This document shows, one piece after another, positions 32,680-46,932 of a DNA stretch of 64,000 bases. Source of the stretch: the human T2T-CHM13v2.0 reference genome, Homo sapiens. Both the position numbers and the translations under genes were made by a program. The notes beneath the pieces were generated by a model. That model ran no database searches, was not told where the DNA came from, and was given only the letters and a program-made list of their open reading frames with translations. Position 1 is the first letter of the stretch, and each line of letters begins with the position of its first letter. Location of the stretch: the NCBI RefSeq assembly GCF_009914755.1, contig NC_060930.1; one strand, given 5' to 3'.

Positions 32680-35600
32680 ATAAGTATAGAAATGGATGAG
32701 TCACAGTAATCTATACACTTAGCTATTAATTGTGGAAAAAAATCTTTTGTATTTTGAAAAATAGTAAAATGAAAACTCTAGTGAACAGTAATAAATTGGG
32801 GGGAGTAATCAATAGATATTGAAAGTCTGCTAAGGCTCTTGTCATATTTGGGGATAGGATAAAATTACTGAGTAACTTCAGACTTTGTTGGAAAAAAATT
32901 AGATTGCAGTACAATGTATACATTGCAAACAGTTGGAGTAGAAAAGGAGGAATGTAGAGCATGATCTCAATTTAACAGACAGGAAAAAGGAATGAAAAAA
33001 ATATGGTAAATAGAAACCCCAAATTAAGGATGTAGATATAAGTCCAAATACATCAGTATTCATGAATTTAAATGGGTTAAACTTACTAAAGACACACATT
33101 ATCAGATTGGATATTTTTCAGTTAGAGAAACCTGAAACAAAACCACACCAAAGGGTGAAAATAAGGGGCAGGAAAAAGAGATATCAAGCAAATAATTATC
33201 AAAAGAAAGTTGGTACAGCAATATTAATATTATGTAAAATAGAATTTATGAAAAAAGTGACAAGCAGTAACAAAGAGGGGTAGTTCCTCAATCAGGAAAC
33301 TTTATGAATTAAGAATTTTTATGTATTCAACATCATAGGCTTAGTACATAAAGCAAAACTGAAGAATTAAAAGTTAAGTTTGACAAATTTATAACCATGT
33401 TAGAAGATTTTAAGTGACCTTGGTCAGAAACCAATGGGTTACGAAGTTAAAATGTGTAAAGATACAGACAGTCTGAAAAGGTGGTTGACAAGTTTGATTT
33501 ATATTTATTTTTAAAATTTGGTAGCCATAAACATATATATACACACATACACAATTATATATGTATATGTGTATAAACACACATGCAGAACCATGCACAT
33601 ACATGGAGTTTTATATGCAAATGTCAGAAGTGTATAGTCATATGGATTTCTAAAAATTACTTATGCATTACTAATTGACAGTCAAAGTCTAAACAAATGT
33701 CAAAGAATCAACAACATAAATAGAACTTTGCCTGCCTGACTTCAGTGTAGTTTATGTAGAAAGCAATAAGAAAGTATAATAAAAATGTTCCATATTCTCA
33801 GAAATTTAAAAATATACAAGTATAGCTTCATGGGTTAAAGAGAAATATTAGCAATAAATTACAAATTACTTATCACTGACCAGCAATGAAAATACTTTGA
33901 ACTGCTCAAATGTGGGGAACCATAGTCACTTCATTATGGAGAAACTTGGTATTCCCCACCTAAGCCGTAGGATCACTGTTAACATTAGAAAAACAAAACT
34001 GATGATGTTAGCTAAAAGGGTATTTGTCATATCTTTCGCTTTAGATATGTTTATTTTAAAAATTGAAAATGGAAATCATCAAATTAAGTGTTCAATTTAT
34101 GATGCTAAAAATGACTTTATTACAAAAAAAGTGGAAGGGAGGTGGGTGTATAGTCTTTGAATATCCCCAAATCTTACCAAATTGAGAGAGCAACTAGAAT
34201 AGCAAAACCAAATACCGCAGACAACATCTACAACACAATTAGGTGACAAGTTCTCCCTAAATCCTCACAAATGCATGGGAAGTCACAATGAACAGCTAGA
34301 AGTTCTGCACTGTATCAGAAACAGGTAGTATAGGGACACAGCAGTACTTGAGAGAAAAGGAGAGCTTCCTTAGGGGTCTCTCAGAGAACAAACTTCCACA
34401 ATCAAATTTACGGGAGAGACTTTGGCTCAAAGTACCAGTATCACTGTTCATCAGTGACTACTGACGTCATCTGTCTAGGAAAACAGTGGATCTCTACCTC
34501 ACACTAAATCTTCAACATAATGTGGGAAGGTGGATTAGACATTAATATAAAGGGACAACCACAGTTAACGTGTCTCCTGAAGGAAGGATACAATACCAAC
34601 TATAGAGTCTCCCCCAAAATGTTGGACTTGAGTCTGATTAATTCTCTAGACCCAACTACCATATGTGTAGGACATATTCAGGCTGTGGGAAATTGTGTAG
34701 CAGGTCTACTGGAGGTGTGATCTGCAGAATGAAATAAATAGAGGACTCAAGAGTAAGTACTAGGAAATGTTTAACCAATGCTAAGGGTTTAGAAATGTTT
34801 ATGCCATTGTATTCAAGCACGTTATTAGTGGACTTCTTTTGTTGAACAGTGTGTGTGGATGGGTTCAAGTGTCCTTAAATACTCTTGGTGTGTTGAGTGT
34901 GCCCAGTCTATGCAGTAGCAGTAGGCCCATGTATCAGTTTGTGATCCTTGGGAAATCTAAAACTATTCCTTTGCTATGGCTTGAGAAGCGCTGCTCTATG
35001 GGATAAAGGACCCAATTTCTTCAAATGATTGCAAGAAAAATAAAAGGGGATGAAAACGATACCCGTAGATTAAAAGAAAGATCTATCAGTCACAATGTGT
35101 AGATCCTATTTTTAAAGAAAAAAAAACCATGACATTTGAGACCACTGGAAATTTGAGCACTGACTAACTGAATATTTGAAATTCAGTTCTTTTTTGTTTT
35201 TATTTTTTAGATGTGATAAATGGTATTGTATTTTTATGAAGTCATTTTGTTTTAGAGATACATATTGAAATACCTAAGGGCAAAACGATCTGATGTCTGT
35301 GATGTTCTTCAAAACAATGTGGGAAGGTGGATTAGGCATTTGGAGATGGATGTAAGAGGATTAATAATTGTTAATTATTGAAACTGGGTGTTGGATGCAG
35401 AGAAATCATCATCCTTTCTATTCGTGCATACGTTTGAAAATTTCCAAATAAAAGGCTAAGGGAAAAGACTGAAGGAAAACACTGGGATCCGTCAGTCAGT
35501 CAAAAACATTGGCTGAATATGTACTGGGATTCAAGACTGTAAGAAGATATCAGACAGTCATGAGATGGTCCCTGCTTTCATGGGGAAGACAACTATTAAT

Positions 35601-38200
35601 ATAAAAAAAGAGTGCAGGATAAATTAAAGATAAAAGCATTCATTACATGTAATAGAAAACTGAAAGCAATTAACTCTAAAATTAATAGCCTTTCCTCCAT
35701 CAGCCTCAGATGATTTTACACAAGTTTTTACCAAATCATGAATTACTTGTACAATCTGTTTCAGAACATAGAAAAGAGAGTCCTACCAAGCTCATTTTAT
35801 GAGGTTAGACATGTTAATATCCCAACTAGATAAGAAAGAAAACTTTTGAAGTTTCATCATTATGAACATAGATTATTCCTTTTTAATGAACAGATATAGA
35901 ATTATTAAATGAAATATTTGAAAATTCAATTCATTGATTTATTGTGTCCTACCACATTATTATTGCATATACATTACATTGTACTGTATTAACTGATATA
36001 AGGAGAAAAAGCATGTGATCATCTCAATAGATATAGAAAAATGATTGCATTTAATGTCTCATGACATTAAAAAAGCATTTGATGACATTAATGACTCATG
36101 ATAAAAACTTTTAGCAAATTAGAAATAGAGGGAAACTTCCTTGACTTTACAAATGAAATCCATGAAGCTCTTACAGCAAACATAATTAATGGTGCATCAT
36201 TCTAAATATTTCTATCCAAATTAGCCACAATTCAGGATTCCTTCCTATCACTGTTCATCATTATGTGGTAAATTCTAGCTTATGCAGTAAGCCAGAAAGA
36301 GAAATAGAAGGCATAAGCATTGGAAAACATAGATAAAACTGCTTTATTTGTAGAGGATTTGATGCTTTACCTAGAAAAAGAATATACAGATCAACTACTA
36401 GAACTTACAAGACAATTCAACAAAGTTGTTGGATTCAGGGACAATATAGAAAAATTAATGTTTTTATCCATAAGTAAGAACCAATTACCAAATATAATAA
36501 CACATTTTATTTGTAGTATCAACTAAAATATTTCAGTACCTAGGTATAAATCTTGCATCAGATATTTGAGATATTTATGGATAAAATTATTAAATATTAT
36601 TAAAAGACATAGAAGAACATAAGGAGAGATTTACCATATTTGTAGATTCATAGATAGGAAAACAATATCATGAAGATGACAATTCATCCAAAATTAATCT
36701 ACAAATCCAGCGCAAATCCAACCAAAATTTTCACTGGATATTTTGGAAAAATTGAGGGACTAATCTTAAAATTTATAGAAAGAGCCCCAGGTATTAAGAC
36801 TTATACTTGTGTAGTTGTAAAGATAGTTTAGTAATGGCACAAGGTTAATTGGGTAGAGAACATTGCAACAGCTCTACTTCATATTTGAGAACTTATGAAA
36901 TATAAGTGATATTTCATATCACATAAGTGGGAGGTGATGGATTCTACATTAATTGTTCTGAGACAGTTATCTCTATAGGAAAACAGTGGATCTCTACCTC
37001 ACTCTAAATCCATCAAATGGATGGATTAATAAGTCATTTGTGAAAAAGAAATCTTTAAAACTTTTGGAAGAAAATATAGGAGATTGTCATTTTTACTCTG
37101 ATAGAATATAATATCATAAACATGAGAATTCTTGAACAAGAAAAATCCATAAGGGAAAAAAGTGCTAAAGTTGGCTACATTGTGTTAAAACATCTGCCTA
37201 ATAAAAGTCTCCATAATCAAAGTTATGAGACATTTCTACGTGCTGGGTGGAGATATTTGCTGTGTTGTCAGACATATTCCTACTGGATTCTTTTTTTCAT
37301 CCTGAGACTTTCTTTTACATGATCACTACCAATCTTCTGTCAATCTTTCGACACTGTTCTCCTTTCTGAAAATGCATATAGGTGGTGAGCACACGTGTGT
37401 GCTTTTACTATTCTTTAAACATGTCATACTCATATACTTTTATGTGTATGATTTATTGTGTAAGAAGAAGGCACATGACTGGCTGATAAACAAGGACCAG
37501 CTTTATCAATAAACAAGAAAATGCAAATTAAAACAACCAAATATGATTCCAAACTCAGCAGATTAGCAAAATTTGATAATCCTCACAATACCAAAGGCCT
37601 AGAGGAACTGTCCATCTTATAGCCTTCTATTGGGAGTGTATATAGTTACTGCCACTTTGGAGGGTAATTTGGTAGTTTCCAATGAAAACAAAAATTGTAT
37701 GCTATGTGATTTGGCATTTTTTTCTTTAAGTGTTAAAAAGTCTCAAAAACCCATCAAGAGGAGCAAGGATAGATAAAATGGGCTCTGTTTTTATATTGAA
37801 TACTTTATAGCAATTAACATAAACGATCTAGAGGTACTTGTATCAACATGGATGGGTTTTAATGCAATCTTGAGGGAAACAAGTACACCGCGAGTGGTAC
37901 TAAACTATCATATCTTTTTAAATGGATATTCAGAATGCACCCAATAACAAAAACATGCCCGACAATGTGTGTTCTTATGGACTTGCTTATATTCTTTCTC
38001 ATCTGTCTTTGTCTATTTCTCTTTTTATGCACACAAACACAATTTTTCTTTAATCCAGCTAGATAAACATAAAAGTAGATGTGAAAAAATATATGGAAAT
38101 AATAAACACAAAAATCAAGGTCGTGATTATTTATGATGTGGAAGGAGGGTGAATGAGATCAGGCATCATATCATTCTTTGCAAACAATGCAATATTTTAT
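32680..38200 (+). mobile_element. Composite of highly diverged L1ME/L1MC fragments
   Basis: A-rich sense strand with L1 EN-, RT- and 3'UTR-like motifs (ATGAATTTAAATGGGTTAAAC; TCATTTTATGAGG; GGAGAAAAAGCATGTGATCATCTCAATAGAT; ATGCAAATTAAAACAAC). Confidence 0.7.
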
Positions 38201-38820
38201 ACTTTTTAGGAGCATAGAAGGATTTTGAGACTTACATGTTTGAGAACCACTGTTCTATAGCTTCCAAACGAAATTTTTAGAAAACATTTGAGACATTTAG
38301 TTTGCAAAGAATGGTGGATTTCAAGTATTTGACAGGCCCACCAGAGGAAACTCTTACAAATCCTGTGTCTATTTAATCTGATTAAAAATGTCAGTTGAAA
38401 CATGCATGTGTGGACCAGTGCTCAGACAAGTTCTGTTTTCCCACTCTCCGTGGTGGCACCTTGTCGTGTTTCACCAGATGCACACTTGTGTGTGGGCCCT
38501 GAGGATGGACAGAGGAGTTGCGTGAGAGACAGGCATTCCGCAGGTTGTTCTCCAGTCTTGGCTGCAGACTGTTTGCCTCCTTATTTTGTCTTCATTCCCC
38601 TTTGATAACATCCTCTGGGTCTGTTTCTTCCAGGATTTTTCTGTCGTGTACACACATGTGCAGGCAATACTTCCTCCTGAATTTAAGACGATTCATAATG
38701 AGCCTTCTTTTCTTCCAGATTCTGTCTCCATTATTATTATTATTATTTAAAATTCTAAATGCCTCTTGTTTTCTTAAATTTTATACAAGAATGTGCATAT
38801 CTGTTTCTTGTCCTTCTTGC

Positions 38821-39455
38821 TAGTAGTTCTCAAACTTGAGTGTATTAACCAGTCTTGGTCCATGACCGAGTTTTTGTTGATTTTACAGGAAAATAAAAAA
38901 TATAAGAGCAATATACCAATTTTTATAAAGGTATATTTATTTATTTTAAAGAGCTCTCCTCTGTTCTAGGATGATTTCGTTGCCACTTTCCTGAGTGTTA
39001 AAATGCAATTTCTCTTATGAAGTGATGGTGATAGTATTTTAAGCATATGCCTGTACTTGGCAAAATAAAGCATTGCCTACCTTATCTTAGTCCCTATAAT
39101 GTTTTGAAATTTTTACCAATCTATGAAATATATAACCTTACACCTTAACAAATGAAGGCATAATTGTGGAGAAGTTATAAATATTACATAATTAATATAT
39201 AATTTACAAATATTCACACAGAAATAAAGGGAAATCTTTTCGGAAAAGAGGATGAGTGAAGGTGTACAGAGAAGTAAGCTTTTTGTATAATTTTGACCAC
39301 AACCCATTACTGGAATGGCCCTTCATCAAGAGGTGTGTGTTCAGTTCATATACCACCCACCCCTTTAAACATAATCATGCTCATTCGCCATTTCCTCATG
39401 GAGGGATTTTAGGAGCGTAGAAGGATGTTGAGACTTACACGTTTGAGAACCACTG
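38821..39455. mobile_element. hAT-Charlie-type element (MER113-like)
   Basis: Inverted termini TAGTAGTTCTCAAAC and GTTTGAGAACCACTG; subfamily name uncertain. Confidence 0.6.
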
Positions 39456-40541
39456 TCCTCAAACCACTGTCCTCAACCACTGTGGGTGAGGGGCTCCTTC
39501 CACGGAGGCTGCTCCTGCCCTCACGATTCCTTCCCGCTGGAGTGAGGCGCTTCTTTTTGAACACCCCTTTGGCATCCTTTGTGGTTCATCCTTGTCAGAA
39601 AAAACCGCTGTCATTTATCATTAGAAAATCTCACTTTTGCTGCCTTTGATATTCTCTCCCACTTTCCAGATGGTTCACTGGAACCCTCCTGTTCTTGGGC
39701 TTCTCTTTCCAAGCTTCCCCGCTGTTACTCTTGTAGTGAGCCCATGGTTGTCTCTTTATTCCTGCTTTCTGCTCTGAATCACTTTTCTGTCTTTCAGTGA
39801 GTGACAGGGTTTTATTCTCCACCGTGTGGTTATTGGGTTTCCTTAATAGCCTCATGTGGAGGGGCTTTGTTGAAGGCATTTTTATTCGGCTTTGACAGAT
39901 TATAGTCCCCATGTTTCCCTAATCTCTTCTTTAAAATATTTTAGGAAGCATTGTCCCTGTCAAAGACACACTTAAATTCAAACAGCTTTTCCTTTTTAAA
40001 ATTATTTTTCTCTGTTCACATGTTTACGTAGTCCTCTGTCTTGACAGTTAAGTGAGAGGCAACTGGTCATAGTGAGGAGTCCATGGATTTGGGAAATACC
40101 CCATTATTGGAGGGCAAAGCATGATTTGGAGGACCGTTTGGAGAGAGACCCCTTTTTCTGTGGCACAGGGCTTTTGCAGATAATTAGTCTTTGGCTACAA
40201 CAAGATGGAAACTATTAGGCTCTTAGTCTGAGACTCATCACTGCCTTGTAGCAGTTTTGCCCATGACCCTTACTGGGCTTTCAGCAACTCACTGCCTTGA
40301 AATGTTAGTTTGTGTGTGCCTGGTGTCTCCAGCTGGTTAGTCAACTCCTTAAGGGTGCCACTCTATCTCTTTTTGTGCCTGATCTTTCTAACCCAGGATT
40401 CTGCACAGAACAGCAATGTCTCCCTCTTTCTGGGCTGTCAACTTTCACTGAAAAAAATGACAGCTAGCACTGTTAACTGCATGGCAGCTCACCTATCTGC
40501 TTGTCTAGTTGGGTATTCTCAGCTATAAGAGCACATGTGTC

Positions 40542-41150
40542 TGTTAGGGTCCAATTCTGATATGGAAACCGCACAGTAACTTGATCAAGGAAAGCATAAT
40601 GTAAAGAATTACAAACTCCAACACAGAACTTGGGTAATCAGGGATTGGCCAGTAAGAGGTAATGAAAGAGTCCAGAAGTATTATCTATAAGGAGGAGCTG
40701 CTACCCTTAGGACTAAGACGGGGACCCAGAGAAGAGCCCCTTCCTCCTTCCCGCAGCTGTGGTTCACTGAGTGGCTCAGAAGTGCTAGTAGTGGTGCCAT
40801 GCTGGTGAAATTGCTTGATATCCACGCTCTGGAATGTACCGAAATCTGCTTTCTTGGGTGTGGGGAAAGTTAATTTGGGAGACTTGTCTTGTGGGAAGCA
40901 CTATGCTATGAAAATGATCAAATGGGGTACCGAGGAGAGCAGCTGGCCATTGGAGGAGCTGTGTTGCCACCTGCACTGCAGATCTGGGCAAAAGAAGTGC
41001 AGGGTGCCCAGTAAGAATACCTTCCTTTGCCATGTCCCTCCAGCGACCTCTACTGACAAAGTTTAGCATTTTGCCAGCTGGCAAAGGAAAATATTTCAAG
41101 GACTCAACTCAGTTTTCACAGAGCAGGCAATGAAGGATTGATTGTTTTGT
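40542..41150 (-). mobile_element. Old ERVL-MaLR LTR (MLT1N/O-like)
   Basis: TGTTAGGGTCCAAT... start and TGACAAAGTTTAGCATTTTGCCAGCTGGCAAAGGAAAATATTT near the other end. Confidence 0.55.
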
Positions 41151-42172
41151 GTAGGTGATAAGTGACAGAGTCAGCTTGCTCCCTTTCCTGAATGTCTAGA
41201 AGCCTTTAGGGAGATAGGCTATCATTTATGCAATTACATGAGTTGCTAGGGAAAGTCATATTTATGGAGGCAAAATATTTGTTCTTAATTCAAATTTAAT
41301 ATTTCTGAAAACAATTAGGTAATGGGAAAGCTCTCTAGTTATTCGATCTTAGTAGATGGAATACACAGAGAATAGAGGATGTTCTCAAGGGTAAAAGCTT
41401 GTGCTCCTGAACCAATAATAGCATCCAAAGAAAAACAGATTAATATTCTTTACATCTCATTTCTCTAAGATCTCAGGAAAATTATTGCCATTTACATTCT
41501 ACATTTGTTGTTGAAGGCTAAGAGGGCCTCATTAGGTTTACCAAATCCAAATAATTACAGTTAGAGACGGTGTTTTTTTCTACTAGCTGAAGTGATGTGT
41601 GAAAATAGCAAAAATATTTTCACAGAGAAATTATGCTCTTTAACAGTAAACTTCACGCCTTGCTAGGAACTGCATTTCTCTGCCTGGTGTGTATCATCGA
41701 ATGCTACTTGTAGGGATGGAGTGGTCTAATTTCACATTTCGAGCTTGGTAGGTGTAGGTGGGCTGTAGGTGAAAGGGAGTTTTCTTTACCAGCCAGCCTC
41801 AAAAATGGCTAGCAGCCGGTGCCACTCGCATAGTGTTGAATTATATGTCCAGATACCCCAGTCTACTCACAAATGTAAAAGACTACACTCTTGCTATTTG
41901 ACCAAGAATGCACCCTGTACTGGGTACTTTCATTGTCTTCGCTCCGAGGCTTCGTCCTAAAATCTGCTTTCTGTGTCATCTCCCTGACTCATCCTGGGAT
42001 AGGTCTCTGCAAAATTGTAAACTTTTGTTAGTTTAAATGAATTTGAAAGGTAAGATAGTTTTCTTAAACTAGATACATCATCTAAATACAATGTTAGTCT
42101 TTAGCTGTATATTTTAGTTTTTATAGAAACTTTATATAATCTTATATAAGATCAATAGTAGTTCATTATAGC

Positions 42173-42175
<3 letters not shown>

Positions 42176-42221
<46 letters not shown>

Positions 42222-42503
42222 TTATGAGACAGAGTCTCGCTCTGTCGCCCAGGCTGGAGTGCAGTGGCGCGATCTTGGCTCACTGCAAGCTCCACCTCCT
42301 GGGTTCACGCCATTCTCCTGCCTCAGCCTCCTGAGTAGCTGGACCTATAGGTTCCCGCCACCACACCCGGCTAATTTTTTGTATTTTTAGTAGAGACTAA
42401 AAATCCTGTTAGCCAGGATGGTCTCAATCTCCTGACCTCGTTATCCGCCCGCCTCGGCCTCCCTAAGTGCTGGGATTACAGGCGTGAGCCACCGCGCCCG
42501 GCC
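42176..42503 (-). mobile_element. AluY with (TTTA)n tail
   Basis: Y diagnostics; TSD TATAGCAAT at 42167-42175 and 42504-42512. Confidence 0.95.
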
Positions 42504-42575
42504 TATAGCAATGATTTCTAATTTTCTTTTCTTTTCCTATTTGAGAGTCTGATGAGAAATTTGCATACTCCCCAG

Positions 42576-42577
<2 letters not shown>

Positions 42578-42619
<42 letters not shown>

Positions 42620-42630
42620 ACACACACACA
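42578..42630. repeat. (CA)n microsatellite
   Basis: About 26 units with one TA interruption. Confidence 0.97.
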
Positions 42631-43933
42631 GATGCAGAATTTTTTATATAGTTTAAAGGGTTTTATAGGCTTATTAGTTAAAGGGTTTTATGGGCTACTG
42701 GATTAGATTATGAAATTTGAAGTCAGGGTCAAGGAGATAGTTTTTGCTTTTAATAGGTAATTCCCAATCTCAGTCTGTAGTAAATTGGAAAATCTGTTCT
42801 GGATTCTTTCAGCAATCCTCTCTCTTTCCACATCTGCCACTTTTCTGTGACACTTCTTTTGGGTCACATTGCCATGCTGGGGTTATGTTTGGTGGTCGAT
42901 TATGTAAGTAGCAACGGAAGTTAGGGTTAAGTTAGCTATAGGAAGGCAGAGAATGCTGCCTAACTTGGGTATGACCAGATGTCAGTTATTAGAATGATTG
43001 GAGATTGAGAACCAAGTCAGGAGTTCAGAGTCAGAGGCAGTGTAGGAACAGGAGGCTGGGTTGGATGTGTTGGGGGAAACCAAGGGAAAAGTGGAAAGTC
43101 TCTCTCCGAGGGCTGGGAGCATTCCTAAGTTGTGGTCATTTCTGGACCAGGAAATACAAAGAGCTGGTTTCTGTTTAGAAAGCTGGTGAGGCGGACAGAT
43201 AGCCAAAGAGCAGACTCTGGGACAGTGGGCAGCATGGGTCCTGCGGGGAGCAGATCTTGCCATCCATCTGGTAAACACTGGCCCTTGGAATCTTGTTATG
43301 TGTTGGACTTTAGATAGCGTGTGTGTATTCTTTAAGGTTTATGAGCTATGCTTAAATCAAGCAGAGAAAGATTTACGTTTGACAAATGACAAGGAACGAT
43401 TTCTCACCATAAAGATTTTGAGTGAGAGAATGAGTTTCAAGGGAACTTGGGTTAACCTTCTCCAGGGTGATGCTTCTTAATATTTTTATGCTGTGGATTT
43501 CCAGATAAGGTAAAAGACCCTTCAGTTCAGTTATCCCAACTCTTTCATCTCTTTAATGCAAAAGGAACTCAGTGATAGCAATGAGGTGTCATTTGGGAAT
43601 TTGGTGGTAGGACTATGTAGAATATGTATCCCTCTCCTTTGGTAATAGTAGTACAAATGATTTTTATTTAAACTTTAGTGTCTCAAATATAATCTTAAAA
43701 TCTAGTTGTTAGATATTGATTCTATCATGTCAATTTACACACAGTAAAGTCATCCATAATGATGTAGCTAGAGTAACAGTGATTTATTATTAAAAGGCCT
43801 AATAGTATGTGAAGTCTACAACCAACTCAGGCTACCACTGAAGATCCACTGATAGTTTACTTCTTGGAATCGTGGAGATTCCACCTTTTGAAGAGTGCTG
43901 CAGGGAGTAGAAGCTTCTTTGTTATTGTCTGTT

Positions 43934-44345
43934 TATATTAGTCAGGGTTCTCCAGAGCAACCGAACCAATAGGATATAGCACAGATATATAATAAAAAGA
44001 TGGCTCAGGAGGACAAACATTATAGTTTGTCACAATCTGAAGGTTGGAGAAGCAGAAGAGCCAATGGAGTCCAAGTCTGAAGACAGGAGAAGACTGATGT
44101 CCCAGTACAGGGACAGTGAAGTAGAGAGAATTCTTTCTTCCTCAGCATTTTATTCTATTCAGGTGCTTGATGGATTGGCTGAGGCCCACCACACTGGGGA
44201 TGGCCACATGCTTTACTCGCTTTGCCTGTTCAAGTATTAATCTAGTCCAGAAACACCCTCACAGACACATCCAGTAATGATGTTTAATGAAATATCTGGG
44301 CACCCTGTGACCCCGTCAAGTTGGCACATAAAATTAACCATCATA
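43934..44345 (-). mobile_element. MLT2B/D-like ERVL solo LTR
   Basis: TATATTAGTCAGGGTTCTCCAGAG...GAGGCCCACCACACTGGGG...GTCAAGTTGGCACATAAAATTAACCATCA. Confidence 0.85.
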
Positions 44346-46571
44346 CCATTCTTGGGGATCTTCATGGTGAAACACTGAGAGTCCTCAGTCAGTTCTAATT
44401 TATATGTTCTATCGATGCCACATTTTTATTAATAACTCCTAGTGTACCACTTAGTCAATGACCAATAAATAGCCTCTATTTGTACATAAAAGTATAAGAA
44501 TAAGGAATTATGCCTTTTTTACCCTTTAGGACTGAATAAAGGACTGGAACTTTTGGCCGCTGGCCTTTGGAGCCCCTCCATGGCCTGGACATTATATCTT
44601 GAAAATGTTTGTTTTTATAGCAGTGCTTGTTATTCTCCAGAATAACACCAGCTTTTGAGCTAGCGAAACGAGAGGCAAATCCTGGCTGTGCAACTCAGCC
44701 TCTGGTGACCTTAGATAAGTTCTTTAACGTTAACACTCTGAACTTCAGCGTCCATAACTAAAATGAGGACAACTCTTGAGTGGTGGTGAATGAGCCTGCC
44801 ACGCTCCTGACATTAGGAGGTGTTCAGCTAATGGTCGCTGCCCTGCCCATCCCCTTCTGTGTATCTTACAAATAGTTGTCTCCTCCTTTTGTGTTAAGTG
44901 TTGATCCATCTGAGCATTGTCAATGTCAATTATGTATCTTGTGGGTTGTCCTTTTTAGTTCTGATCTACTTTTTTTTTTTTTTAAAGCCTTTGCTGTCTT
45001 TTCTGTTCTTTCCCGTGGTTGACTGATTAGTAATGTGTCTTCTGTCACCTTCCTATAGAACAGGTGATGGAATTTAGATGGGGCCTTTGTCCTGTTATAT
45101 TTTGCCCACTGGCATCATGAATGAGCTGTTTAGCCACCTGGAGAAGAAAATGCAATCTCTTTCTCTCTGTTTGATCTGTCATCATGGCCCAGGAAGAAGA
45201 TGTTGAGAGATCATAATTTTAAAGTTGACAGCAGAATGGGTGAAGTTTTCTCCTACTTTACATGGTGGTTGTCATGAGAACCAGTTCACACCAGAATGGG
45301 GTGTTTTTTGTTGTTGTCATTGTGCTTTTTGCCTTGACACATGGAGATATTTAATTTCCATGTAATTTGTGTGCAGCTTCCTTGCTTTGACGGATTGAAA
45401 TTTCTGATTCTCTGTAGAGGCCAGAGCTTGGCAGTAATATTAATCTACTTCCTTTTCTCCTAGGAGAGCCCCTGAGAGAAGAAAAGTGCTGGAAAGTATA
45501 GTCATTGCGATATGTCAGGATTAATAAAAGCAGGCAAAGCAAATGGCCAGATTTCCAAAATACCCAGCAGCATTTGGCAGTATTTTTGGGGAGGCCGAGT
45601 TCAGGCAGCTGCCGATGCCACCCCACTGAGAGCACTGCGGAGGGCAGCCTCGCCTTCTGCCGGCCACATGGCTGTGTGGAATCCCATGGGATGGAATCTG
45701 CTGCCCTTAGGATTTCTATTGTCCCTGGCCTCTGGAGAGCACATGTTTTGGTCACTAAGCAAGGAACTGAGTAGCCTCTGTGATGTGTTCAACTTGAGTT
45801 TTCTGTCATGGAGGCTTAAGTAGGGGGAGATATGGACAGGCCATGTTGGCCAGCGAGGACTTGTTTGAGTTGGAAAATAAAGGTCTGACATAGGGTTTCC
45901 CTGAGAAAGCTCAGACTGAAATAGGAGGAACCTGTCTGTTTGAAGCTTGAGCTTCTAATCTAGTATAGCACCCTGACAGCCAGTATTTTGTTCAGCTGCC
46001 TGGCAGAAGTTGTTTCTCAGCCACCAATGTATTTTTGTAGCATCTTTCACCACAGAATACTGACTGTTTCACATCTCTTCCCATTAATCCACTGGCACAA
46101 AGTCTCATTGCAAGGAGAGGAAATGAGACAAGCAGCAGGGAGAAAATAAAGTCTGCTTTTTGCAGTATAGGGCTTTAGTGCATTTCTTCCCCTGTGCTCA
46201 TCTCTGTAACTTGATTAATTGGCATGTGGTGCATTACAGAAAATCCAGGCAATGGCAAAGCTGGTTCAATATCAATTAGTTAAAACAGGGAGGGACTTCC
46301 CATAGAGACCTTAGGACAGAGTTGTATTTAACTGGGCCCTTGAAACACAAGTCTTCCCGAATGATGAGCAGTAGAAGATCCTACTTAGGGCCCAGTTGGT
46401 TAAAGAAATTGAAAACTGTAGAAATTAGCAGCTGAAATCCACTTGGATGAGTTTGCTATCCCTTTAATATATCTGTCTATTCATCTTACTAAGGCATCCC
46501 AATCCTTCCTCCAAAGTGATTTGAATACTTAATATTTGCTGAAATGCTTTAGTTGGATTTGAATAATGTAA

Positions 46572-46932
<361 letters not shown>

